This document shows, in pieces, positions 13,101-25,800 of a DNA stretch of 64,000 nt. The notes below the pieces were generated by a model. It was given only the letters and a program-made list of their open reading frames with translations. It did no database searches and was not told the DNA's origin. Both the position numbers and the translations under genes were made by a program. The stretch covers positions 22,320,001 through 22,384,000 of the forward strand of contig CP158635.1 of the NCBI GenBank assembly GCA_050273025.1. Reading direction: 5' to 3'. Source of the stretch: Cenococcum geophilum. Its lineage: Eukaryota. Each line of letters starts with the position of its first letter. The stretch's first letter is position 1.

Positions 13101-15533
13101 TTGCTTAAGCTAGAGTAACCTATAATGGTTAAAGTATCTTATAAGATCTTTAAGATTGCCGCCTCCCTATAATATCTCTACGACCTATCTAGTAGTTCCC
13201 TATAGGGTCTCTATTATAAAGGGGTAATTACCTATTCTAGGCTTTATACCCATCTTGCTATTAAATAGGGGTTGGATTTAATACTCCTTTAGGTATAGAG
13301 CGTATATTATTTTACCTAGGGCTATATTCTCTAGAATGTCCTTTAGGCTTATTAGTAATATACGCCCTTTTAAATCTTTATTGTTCTACTATTTAAAGGC
13401 TCTAGTCTTAAAGTGTATTTTAAGATCTACTTTTATAAGCTAAAGGTATCTAAGAATAAGGTTATAACCTATAAAGTTAGCTATTTAGAAGGGTTGCGGG
13501 CCAACTACCCTAATGCGGTTATATATATCGGCCACTAACACTATAAGCTTATAGGTACTATGTAGTTTAATTTAATACTTATATAAAAAGCTTATAATAG
13601 GTTTCCGCTACCTTTATAATAGAATAAGTTTATACTCTTTTATTAAATTATATTATATAAGATTAATTTCAGCGCCGCTATTATATAATGCTTAGAACTA
13701 TTATATCTTACCTATAAGGAGAACCGTTTTTAGCTTAATAGTAATATAGAGAGTCTCTCTTTTTATATCCTGCCCTAGTTATAGCTAAGAAATATCTATA
13801 ACTAGGGCTTTTCTTTTTTTAAATTATTAGTGTGGTTATTATCCTACTTATTTTTCTAATAGGATCTACCTTTAGAGTTTTCTTTTAACTTTTTAAAGTA
13901 TTCCTATAAAGGTGCTAGATAGGTATTAGGTTAGCCCTAAGAGTCTTTACCATTACTTAAGGCCCCTAACTTTAACCCTTTTAAAATTCTTTTTAAAAAT
14001 AGCTTCTTAAAAGGTTAGGTTTACCCTATATTACTACTAAAGTGCCTATACTTTTAATAACCCCCTAGCTTCCTATTAGAAGAGGTCTAGTTCCTTACTA
14101 TATCTTTAGTGTTTAAAACCACTTGTTTAAAATCCGTATATATAGTAATTCGCAATAGGGCTCCTATACGCTTTATTTTATTATAAATTACTAGTTTAAT
14201 TCTAACCTAGATAAACCCAATCTTCTTCTTTTATAAATACTATCGTCCTTATTCTTAAAGGGCTTTAAATTTATCTATTAAGTATAAGTTTCTATAAAGT
14301 TTATAAACTAGTAGAAGTTATAGCGGTTAAGCTATATCCCATTCTAGAATGGCTTTATATTATTATATTATATAATATATAGATCTTAAGTCTATTTCTT
14401 TAAAAAGGTTTACAGCTATAGCTATATAATAATTTGCTCTTTATTAAGCTAATTAAGTATAATCTAGTTTAGTAATTAGTCTTTAATCTTACTAATAATC
14501 TAGCGTATACGCTCTTTAGTATTATCTTATATTATTGGTATTTTAAAGAGGTTATCTACCTTATAAACCTAATTATCTAACTACTAGGCATTAGGTCTAT
14601 GGCGGAGTTCTAAACTACTAGAGGCCTTAGTTAGTTAGTCTATATCCTTTTTCTATTTATAGTATAGATGCCTCTTTAAGTCTTCTATACCTTCTTAGAT
14701 AGGTACTAGATAACCTTTAGAAAGCCCTTAGCCTTAGCTAGGTTATAAAAGGTTTTATTTAGCCTAGATTAAGCTCTACTAAATCGAAACCTACCCCTAA
14801 AGGTTTCTAATATATTTATTAGTAGCTCCTTCCTATATAGCTTCTAAGAGCCTTATAGTAGCCTCCTAATATCTATCTTAAAGATAATTAGTTTAGGGCT
14901 CTTAACTTTCTAACCTTGGCCTTAGGGAAGCTCCGGCTATAGAGGTAGTATTAGTACTAGTAACTAAAGTAGATTTCCTAATAAGGCTTAGGGGGGTAGC
15001 CCCGCTTAGCTTATAAGCAGTTTATATACTACTACTATACTAATTATAGGCCGGTGGTCTTCCGGGAGGGTTTTAGTTAGTTCCCTAGTTAGATATATTA
15101 GTATATTCCTCTAGCATTTCTAGCTTAAGGGAAGATCTTAAAGTTACCTCTAGTGCTTAATCTTTTAATTAGCCTAGGTAGGGCTAGAGGGGCTTTAGTT
15201 ACTTTTTAGTAGCGTTATAACTATTATAAAGGGTATCTACGTTTTCCTTAGTGGTAACTATAAGTGTATAAGAGTCTTTAAGCTCCTAAAGCATCTAGGT
15301 ATTAGGGCTTATTTAGCTATCTTACCTAAAGGGTTATATTATTATAATCTCTCGCTATTAGAGGGACCTTTTTACTTTACCGCAACGGCTTTTTATAAAG
15401 TACCTGTAGAGTTTCTATTTAGGTTATTACGAGATTTTTAAAAGAGGATAGTAGTTATAAATAAAAGATATAAATAAATAATCTAGTCCTTAAAGCTAAC
15501 TACCCTTCTAAAAAGGAGTAAAAAGGATTTAAA

Positions 15534-15735
15534 TATAAGGGGACTTTATAGATAGGGGGCTATAAGAATATAATTGTAGAATAGGATAGATTAGTAAGAG
15601 AGATAAATCCCTAAGGAGGTAAGGCCTTAGGGATTATAGAGACTATATACTACGGGCACGTGCTAGAGGTACGTAACCGGCGACCATCTAAGGGGCGTCT
15701 GGGGGTTGTCCTAAGGGCAACCCAAGATATCCGCA
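15534..15735 (-). repeat. 5' LTR of Gypsy-2 (truncated)
   Basis: Aligns to 6924-7125, then diverges abruptly after ...TCCGCA. Confidence 0.88.
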
Positions 15736-16247
15736 GTTTAGCTTGGTATGTATTAATGTGCTTACGCTAGACCGTATTTTATAGTATTATATTTTTAGTA
15801 CTATTCTCCTTTTAGATAACCTAGCGTGGTGTAGCGCATAACCTAAAGTTTCTAGAAGTGTCCATAGACAAGTTACGTGCCCATTTTGGGCTGAAGTTGC
15901 GTAGTAGAGAATTGTATTTGGGCATTTGCACGGGGTGTAGCTTGTAAAGGTCACGGAAAAGTTAAACGGGGTCACCGATGGGGGTCGGCGAAAGCTGAAC
16001 GGGGTCACCGATGGAGCGCCGGAAAAAGGTCGCGGGGGTTACACTTTTGCCCATATAGAACGCGCATTGGTAGCTATATTTAACTTAAGCGACCGCATAA
16101 ACCAAAATATCTAGGGCATATGCTACGTATACGCACATAGGCACACGATATATATATATATATATATACACATATATATATACGCGCATTTATATATATC
16201 TCACTATACTAATAATAAGTAAAAACTATACTAAGGCAAACGAGAGC

Positions 16248-19200
16248 ATAGTAGGATGGTTAAACGGCCTACTAGTTAGTATACATAACTATATGCTACG
16301 CATATGCTAAGTATACGCAGGTATTCCAGAGCGTACCTAACATTAAATACAAAGACGATGGTTCTTAAGATAATATAATTAGTAGGGAGAGTATTAAAGA
16401 TAAGGAGGATAAGGAGGAGGAGGAGGAGGATAAGGAGGGCGAGGGCCAAGATAGTATATAATAGCGGCTTCCATTTTATATAGGTCTCTCTAAGGTAAAA
16501 CTATATATAACTTTATGCATATGCTATATATATACTTAAAATAGCTAAGGCACACTCTAAGACTATAGAGCACTTATTAGCTCTAATAATAAGCATTAAG
16601 TTATTATCTAAGAGGTAATAAACTATATTATAATGCTAGAATATCCAGCAACCAGAAAAGAAGGAATTATACACTTTATCTATAAAGTAATACCTCTACT
16701 ATCTATATATGCGGATAAAAACATAGTATATAAGGTTATTAATTGGTATATATTAAAGGTAAGCAATATATATATAAAGCATATACTATACTTATATATC
16801 TAGTAGATTTAATTCTTATTCCATTAAACTGGTAACCCTAAGATTATATAACTATAACTTCTTAGGGAAAATAATAATCGGGAAAGTAGAAAAGTATTTT
16901 ATTAAGCGTTTAAATATAGCGGCATTAGATACTACGAGTACGCCTATAAGGATATGCTCCGTATATACTCCGTATATAATAGGGTTAAGCTTAAATTAAT
17001 TAACGACCTTTAAAAGCGTAGTAGTTATCTATACTAGGCAGTAGAGATTAATAAAAAGCTTAAGCAAAGCACGGAGAAGTAAGCATTATCTATATATATT
17101 AGGTATATGTTTATAATATATAGCTACTACTACGGTGTTCTATAATTATGGCGGTAGTATATCCACCTTAATATATAAGAACGTATATATAGTAAAAGCA
17201 AACTAACGATATTTTTTCGGCGTAGAGTATGTATATATCCGATGTATGCGTAATATATGCTTATTATATATAGGTAGAGTTTATTAGTTGTTCTAGTAGT
17301 AGTAATACTAAACCATAGTATACTGCCTGGCCTTTATTATTAATAACTACCTAGATAGATATTTAATACCTTTATTTACTTATTAAATATAGAGTTTAAG
17401 AAGTTAAATAAAAACGTACCTATATTAGATATACGATATTAAAGCAAAAATATTGTGGTATATAATATATACATTATGTATACGCTATATATATACTAAG
17501 CCTATATAGGATTCAACCACCCGCAAGGCTAAGGTAGGGTAGTAGGCCGAATATACGGTGCACAGTTAGACTGCTATATTCCTGTTAATATAGTATAGTA
17601 TTCTTATATTTGCCTTATTGCATAGAATTCTTATATATATTATCTACTATATCTAATAAAGCTACTAATCAACCTTACTAATAATATTGTTAAATTAATA
17701 AAGCAGGTGGATATCCTAAGCCTTACTACACGTATACCCCGTATATACATAGTATATATAAATAAAACTACTTACCATTATATAGGTTGATTTATCCTAT
17801 TACCGCAGTACTATATTTTATATAGGAAGTATAAAACGTAAACACTACGTGTAGTATATAGCAGTCTTAATATTAAGAATTAAATTACTGCTCTAATTTA
17901 AAAGGAAAGAATACTATAATTCCTAAAGGGGACGGTATATGTAGGTAAGTATAGGTTAAATACACGCTAAGTATATATAGAGGCTAAGCGTAGCAGGTAT
18001 ACTACGCAAGTTCTCTATTAATTAATATAAAGAGAACATTAAGTAATAGATTCAGGTAATTTATAACTTGAATAACAAGCATTTCCTTATTATATGCTGT
18101 ACGTATATACAAGCTAAGGCATTTTAACGCGTAACATATATTAAAATAGACCTATTATTTAAGAGAGTTTAAGGCAAAACAAACCTATTCTTAATTATAG
18201 GATAGGACGAGAATTCTAAATATATGTATACCCTATACTATATATATGCTATGCATAAACTAAACACTTATAATAGGAATTAAGGTATAGGTATACGCCT
18301 TTCTTAACCTAGAAACACGTGCTACATACGCAAAGATGTTTTAGCTAGTATTTAAGGTTTTAGGTAATACTGCTTAATTATTTATATAATTTATATATAT
18401 TTATAGAACTGGACTTTACACTGCTATAGTTAATATGTATAAGAAATAAGCTAGCGGTAAATATACGCTCTATATATGCTTAGTATATACCTAGCATATG
18501 CTTATAATATAGGCTTTAGAGATTACCTATATATAATTAACCCATCCCGTAAATAGGATAAACACCTTTAGTATATACTTATATTTTACCTAGTATATAT
18601 TAAACAAAACTTTATAAAGCGCTTTTAAACTTATAAAGCAAGATATATTATAGAGTAGATATAGGAAACGGAGATAGAGTAAAAACTAATAGCGCGTATA
18701 TAAAGTATATGCACACTATATTCGGAGCTTACGTCTTAAATAAATAATAAGAAGAAACTATAAATACTAGCTAGGCTTATAAAGGAAAAGTTAAAGGTCT
18801 TTTATAAGTGGTGGGTATATACATATAAGTATACTAGAATTAGTAAAAGTAGTTACTTTTAAGATAATAACTTTACTAATTAAAAATTATGCATACTTGC
18901 CGTAGTATTACAGTAAGGGTATATGCTCTATATATGTACTATATATTCTAATATTTTAGTGTAGGCTTAAACTTTATATATAGGAAATATTCGATCTATA
19001 AGAGCAATATAAAGAGACGGGAATAGATAATATATAGAAAAATTAGAGTAACTTAAAGCAGATAGCAGTATAGCTATAGAAACAATATATGTATATATAC
19101 CGCATATATGCCGTATATACTAAGCTTAAGCAGCGCAGAAATAGCAGAAATTAGCTAAGCGGTGAGCTAGAAATCCTAGCCTAAATCTTCCTTAAAATCC

Positions 19201-19720
19201 TTAGAATCCATTTAATACCCCTAAGCCTACTATATTTAGTAGCTAGATTATCTTATAGATAAGTATAGTGGATAATAATATTATATTAGTATTAGATATA
19301 TTACGCGTATCCACCATATATACAGCGAAGATACTACTACTACTATTGCAAAGTTAAATATTCTGGACTATAGGTAAGAGGTATAAGTCTTACCTATTTA
19401 CAGAGGAGCTAAAAAAGGAGGCATATACACTATATATAGAAAATATAGAGTAATGAATTAATAAATTAAAATAAGCTAAAGATGTATATTGTTGGTCACA
19501 CAGGGTAACTTACCAATAACGACTACTCGAGTAGGTTACAGTGATGATGGTTAATAAAGCTTATTGATTGGAATGAGGAAGGGCGAGGAGCTTAAGACTC
19601 CTCGCCACGCTAGTGCCGCGGCGTCACGTGACGACCGCTTGCCTCATTCCCGACATATATAATAAAGCAAAAGAACTAGTAGAGCTTAAGAAGTAGGTAT
19701 AGGAGTATAATGTTAGTATA
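16248..19720 (+). pseudogene. Multi-exon Mutator-like DDE transposase, RIP'd (ends approximate)
   Basis: At 18276-18625 reads AFLNLETRATYAKMF*LVFKVLG...TAIVNMYKK*AS|GFRDYL...HL*YILIFYLVYIKQNF. De-RIP gives ...HIHGTGL.T..VDMCKKQA.GFGDYL...IFCLVHV.RN, i.e. a MULE-type D and CxxH motif. Many short GT..AG introns. Confidence 0.7.
19490..19655. mobile_element. Solo LTR (166 bp, Copia-like termini) inserted in the MULE, little RIP
   Basis: TGTTGG...CCGACA termini; TSD TATAT at 19485-19489 and 19656-19660. Confidence 0.88.
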
Positions 19721-21607
19721 TAGGGCGTATATACACAGTATATATATAAAAAGTATTATATAGAGTTCTATAATAAATAAAGAGTTAATTAATATAAGCC
19801 TATCGCCCTATACCCTATATTAGGTATATACCTAGCCTACCTACTAAATAAACCCTAATAAAACTCTAACCGTATATAATATATGCTATATGCTATATAT
19901 ATAGCGTATAGGCCTAGTATATACCAGGACTTATAGCTTAGGACTTATACGGTAAAGGTAAGTTAAGTAGTGGGTTTTGCCTATAGCTTATATAGAGTAT
20001 AAGCATAATATATATAATAAAAGGAACCAAACTTACTAAAGCTCTTACCTCTACTATAACAGCCTATTAGCTTTTTACTTGCTAGTGCTAAATATTAGCT
20101 ATATATATATAGGGTATATATAAAATAAGCTTACCCCTTTAGTAGTAGGTAGATAGTAAGGGGGACTTTTTATAGTCGCCTAGCGGGGTCGGGCCGCGCT
20201 ATGCATATAGTTAGCGTATGCTAAATATATACAGGTAAAATACTAACCCTATATTTTAAGCTGGTAGAGGGAGTAAATGGGCTAACGCGCTATTTCTCTC
20301 TTATTAATATACGCTTAGTATAAGCATATATTAACCTATAGTTAGTAGAAGATAATAGGGGTTTATATATATAAAGTATATATATATATAAGCTAGCAAT
20401 ATAACTAAGTAGTGGTTTAAGTAATATATATATAGGGCTTATATAAAGTTAGACTTTGCCAGTCTCCTAGATATAAAGATAAGCGTTTATTTCTAAATTA
20501 GGCAGTAGTCCTAGTAGTAGCCGTGCTTATTCCTCCTATACGCTACCCTTAGGCCTATAAGTACCCTTAGGTCTAAAATTAAACTTAGGGGGAATAAGTA
20601 TATAGATAGATAGATAGATAGATATATTAGGGTATAGCGCGTATATATAGAAGCGAAACTAGTGCTCTTACCTCGCGATAGAATTACCTACTAAATTAGG
20701 TAGTAAACCCCTAGTCCTAGGTACTATATCTAGTTAGCTTAGGCTAGATATATACTAGGTATAGAGTAAGTATACGTAATTAAAGTACAGGCGTCTATAT
20801 ACTCCGAAATTCTTAACCCTAAAGGGCTACGGCTATATATAGTATTAGTACTATATATATATTATATATACACAACCTACCCGGGCTTATATAGGTATTT
20901 AGTATTCTACTAGCTACTAGAGAGAATAAAACGCTTTAGGGCACTATATTATATTAGCGTTATATATATATAGCATATACTAGGCATATACCTCTTCCCT
21001 ATAATTAACTCCACGGCCAACGTATTAGTAGTAGGGGGGTTAGTTACTATATATAGTAAGTATATACCTTTAGTAAACTGTATAGTAATATATATGGGCA
21101 CCGCTATGCTCGTTGCGGATATAGCGGCGGTACTATAACCATATTAATAGGAAATAAAGATGCTATATATATACGGAATATATACTTAGCTAAGCTGTAA
21201 AGACCCGGCCGTATATTTATATGCCATTTACCACAATATTATAGCTATGTTTATTATCAGTATATGCTATATTTAAGGTGTAAATATACAACCTATACTA
21301 TAGAGTTAACGGCAGATAGTATAAAGGTAGGGTTAGGTAGGTCTAGTTTACGCTTAGTATATATACACTCTTTGCATAAAGCCTCTCTGGCACCTACTTA
21401 TATTATCTTAGACTATTATAGCTAGGGCTATATAAGGTTAGTATATACTATAGCTATATAGCTCTAGATTTACGTACGCCTTCTACCTACTACTACTACT
21501 GCGGCGTATACTTTATCTACTATAAGCATATACTTTATATACGCGTTCTCTATAACTAACCTAGTATTACCTAATTAGGGTTAAAGTTAGGGATTAAACC
21601 TATACTT

Positions 21608-22030
21608 TGTAACGGAACCTTATAGGAAGTACTACGGTGGGTCCTGTTAATAGGCTAGGTGTATAGGTGATGCAAACAAAGTTAACAACGTAATAACAAC
21701 TAGTGGAGTGGTTGCCCAACAGATTAACTCTAATTATATTCTGAGAATCACTATAAGGAAGGAACTATCTAGGTAGGGACCGTAGTCCTTTAAATACACG
21801 ACCGTACTCCTAAGAAATCCTTCTTATACGTGATATACGTATTATACGTAAGGTACATAAGTTCCTCTTATTCCTCTTGTTTAATATATAGCATATTATA
21901 TAACCTTAGTTACTATTCCTCGTTATATAGTTCTACCGGTTCCATTCTAGACCGTGCTCTTATTAACTAACTAGCTTCCTCTAACTCTCTTCCTAGTAGT
22001 TGTAGCATTGTACTTAAAGCGTCCGTAACA
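21608..22030 (-). repeat. 3' LTR of Gypsy-3
   Basis: TGTAAC...GTAACA; direct repeat of 29151-29573. Confidence 0.95.
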
Positions 22031-22138
22031 CTATTTCCCTCCTCTTTATCTTCGTCCTTAAAGATCCTTAACATCTCTAAGTTTTTTACTAGAGGTGTAA
22101 TATCCGTCTAATTAATTTAGTTAATATTGTTACTTATT

Positions 22139-22800
22139 ATACCTAAAGCATCTTCTTCTTTATACGCGTAACGTCATGCTCGCACTATTGCTGCTATATT
22201 GTCGCTTAGTGAAATTATACTATCTTTATGTTCTCGTTATGCGAAAGAGGGGTTAGTTTATATTGCGCTAGCGAGTCCCTTATCTTAGCAACCCTCCTTT
22301 TACTTAAAGTGCACTAAAGCAAATATTTACTCCTCCTATAATATTTGCTCTACTTCTAACGCTAAGTATGCGCGTCCTATAACTCTTAACAGTTGTTAAG
22401 TGCCCTAGTTAATCTATCTTAGGGTCTTATATTTAAACTGTCGCTATAAAACTAGATAGTAATCTAGCGTAGGCCCTTACTAAGCTTAAGCGTTCTCAAG
22501 ATGCGGAACAGAAGGCTCTAGATACTCGCATTGTGGTGTCTACTTAGCTGCTTCGTCTTAAGAAAGTGCGTAAGAAGGTCCGTTTTAAGGAGTAGAAACT
22601 TATGGAATAAGGTCTATAGGAACTTAGTAATAAGAGGGCTAATCCTCCCTCTAAGAAGGAAATAACTCTAAATAGCTTAGTAGCTGTTCCTCCTAGGTCC
22701 CCCTTAAGTAACTTATTCTTTAACGATCCTTCTTTATTAATATTGCCTAACCTAATCTCTTTTAATACTCCTGTACCTTTCCTATAGCGTTCTTTAAATT
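22139..22800 (+). pseudogene. Antisense accessory ORF of Gypsy-3 with Zn(II)2Cys6-like spacing and a coiled-coil-like segment (RIP'd; end approximate)
   Basis: Reads CSRY-AKEGLV-Y-x13-YLKC-TKANIYSS-Y. The four Tyr codons (TAT/TAC) are the expected RIP products of Cys codons, giving C-x2-C-x6-C-x13-C-x2-C-x8-C. A charged helical stretch follows at ~22470-22640. Confidence 0.55.
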
Positions 22801-25800
22801 CTCTAGTGGTTCCTAGGTAGTCTTATTATAGCCTATCCACTTAACCTTATACCATGTTTTATTGTTAACGTCCTTATAACTAACAATCTTTAAAACTTAC
22901 CATTCGTCTTCTTCCTATCCTCTGTATATATCTGCCTTATAGATTAATAGTTTAACATTCCCATATGCTAGCTTTAGCATTGCAATATACTATATAGGGT
23001 AGATCTTCATTTTGGCTAGTAGGTTTAACTTAAATATAACCGGTGAAATTCTTTATGTAATTTCAAAAGGTCTTAGTCTAACATAGTCCAACTTTTTACT
23101 TAGTTATTAACTTTTGAAATTTTTATATAGTAGCCATACTTTATCTCCCTCCTTAAGATCTGGTCCCTTAGATCTCTTAGCGTTATAGTACTTTTTATTC
23201 TCTATTATACTGTTTTAGCTGTTTTTATAAGGTCTATATAAAGATTCATTAATGTCTCCATTCTTTACTTAGCTATGCTACTCGTTTTCTTTACTTAATA
23301 TAGCGATAATAATGTTCTTAGCTTATATCCGTAATTCGCCTTAAATAGTAATATACCCATTTCTTCCTGTAGTATTGCATTATATATAAACTGTGTAATT
23401 AGTAATAACAATACCTAATTATTCTATGCGTAATTAATATAGTGTCTTAGATACTGTTCTAGTGTCTAATTTAATCTTTTTATTTAACCGTCTGTCTACA
23501 GATAATATACGGTGGAAGTTGCTGCTTAAACTCCTTATTCCGCCAAGAATACCTCCTAAAATACTACTATAAATCTTAGATCTCTATCTAATATAATCTT
23601 ATCTAATACTCTATGTCTTACAAACACTTCTTTAATATAGATTCTAGCGATATTTTCCGCTAAGATTTCTTTTATACATGCTATAAAGTATCTCCACTTT
23701 ATAAGCTTGTTTACTATTACTAAGATCGCATTATAATCTTATCTGGTAATAGGGTCTCTTAATTTTGGTAACTTAACAATAAAGTCCTATAATATAACCT
23801 CCTATAGTTTTTCTAGTATTTCGACTGGTTATAGCCCTCTATATAGCTTATGTCTCGTTAGTTTATTTTTTTTAACAATCTAGATACTCTCTAGTAACCC
23901 TTCTAGCGATCCTCTAGATTTTATTAATAATATACTCCTCTTAGAGTCTTAATACTAAGCCCGTAGCTCCGTTATGTCCTTAGGTTATTCCCTTATAGAA
24001 ATCTTCCATAAAATGTTCTGCTATACTTCTTGGGATGTATATAGCTTCTCGGTTCTTATATATATCTATCTATAGATCTTCTAGCTATGCTTCTAGAATT
24101 CTTTATACCTAAAAGCTCTTTGGTGTCTTATAGATTCTTTCTAACTTATCTTTTTAAGTTACTGTAATTTTCGGATAATTGTACCTAATTAATCTATCTA
24201 TGTCTTTTCGCAATAAAGCTCCTAATGGCTTTTTATCATTTTATAATTCAGCCTTCCTACTTAAAGCGTCTGCTCGTGCGTTATCTGTACCCTTAGTATG
24301 CTAAATCTCAAAATAGTAGTCTGTAAGTGTCTCTGCCCATCTAACCTATCTTTAGTTAAGTTCCTTTATTATTAGGAATCCTATTAGGTTCTTATAATCT
24401 GTCTTAACTATAAATAGTTTCTCTGTTCCTTATAAGAACGCTCTCTATTTCTTAAGTGCTGTAACTATACCTAATAACTCCTTGTTATAGATGTCATAGT
24501 TTAACTCTAGTGGTATTATTTTTCGACTATAGTATGCCACTAGGTACTATCTATCTTTGTATTTCTATATAAAGCATACTCTTAGTATAAAGTCTAATAT
24601 ATCTATCTTAACAACCGTCTCTAACTTTAGTTGGTAGATTTTAAGGATTAGTTCCTAGGTAAACAACTCCTTAAGTTCTTTAAATAACTTCTTTTACTCC
24701 CCTTCCTATACCTATAGTTCCTCTTTCTTTATTAATTAAGTAAACGGCTTAATGTTCTTTAGCCATTATACTATAAACCTCCTATAGTAATTGCAAAACC
24801 CTAGAAACGATCTTAACTGTATAACGTTCTCTAGTTCTTACCAATTCACTATAGCCTCAATTTTCTTCGGGTCTATGCTTAATTTGCCTAATTTAATAAT
24901 AAATCCAACAAAATCGGTCTTCCTGGTAAAGAGCTCGTATTTCTTAATTACTACTAGCATCTGTTCTTCTTATAGTCTCCTTAAGACCCATTTAACGTAT
25001 TCCCCGTATTCTTCCTTAGTTATTAAGTAGATAATAATATCGTCAAGATATACCATAACAAATTCATCAAGGTGTTCTCCTAATATACTATTAATTCGCT
25101 TTTAGAACGTCGCTAGTGCGTTTATAAGCCCGAATTATATAACTAATAGTTTATACAGTCATTCCTTTAACCTAAAGGCTGCCTTCCATTTATCGCCTTC
25201 CTTAATTCTAATCTGATAGTACGCCCATCTCAGATCTATCTTTATAAAGATTTGCGCGTTACCTATCCTGTCTTAGATTTCGCTGATTAAGGGTAAAGGA
25301 TACCTATCCTTTCTTATAATGCTGTTTAACTATCTATAGTCGATACATAGCCTTAGTTTTCCACTTTTCTTTAGTATAAACAATACTAGATAACCTACTA
25401 ATGATTATAATGGTCTGATATATCCCTTACATAAGTTCTCCTAGATAAACTCTTTAAGTGCCTATAACTCCTTTTCCGTAAGTTTATAAGTTAGAAAGAA
25501 CCTTAGACTTATTCCTGGTTCTAACTCTATCTTATAATCCCATACTGCGTATTCTAATAGCTTTTCACTTTCTAGTAACCATAGCTTCTTGCTATATTTG
25601 TGGTATCTCTTTAGTATATAATCTAACCCTTTCTTAGTTTCTTTATATATTGCTCCTACTTAGTACTATACCAACTTAGTTTATTATCGCATCTTGCGGC
25701 GTTAAGTATCCCTAATATTAACCTAACCTATAACCCAATCAATCTTTAGATTATATTCCTGTAACTAAGGCATTCCTAATACTGCCTTATCATTTCCTAA

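Larger units (their letters stand above)
6924..15735 (-). mobile_element. Ty3/Gypsy LTR retrotransposon, RIP-inactivated, outer end of 5' LTR truncated (Gypsy-2)
   Basis: LTRs at 6924-7140 (217 bp) and 15534-15735 (last ~15 bp missing). PPT (C-run on +) at 7141-7156. RT motif LGGLVNRIYIIYLDNVL (de-RIP ...YLDDVL) on the minus strand at ~12308-12355. Left flank ATAGC has no partner at the right end. Confidence 0.9.

Noticed and set aside
16148..16182. (TA)n run, and (GATA)n at ~20602-20625
   Set aside because: Simple low-complexity tracts, probably enhanced by RIP of TG/CA-rich sequence; no evidence of function.
21575..21592. TTAGGG-like hexamers suggesting an interstitial telomere
   Set aside because: Only two separated units, expected by chance in TpA-rich RIP'd DNA.
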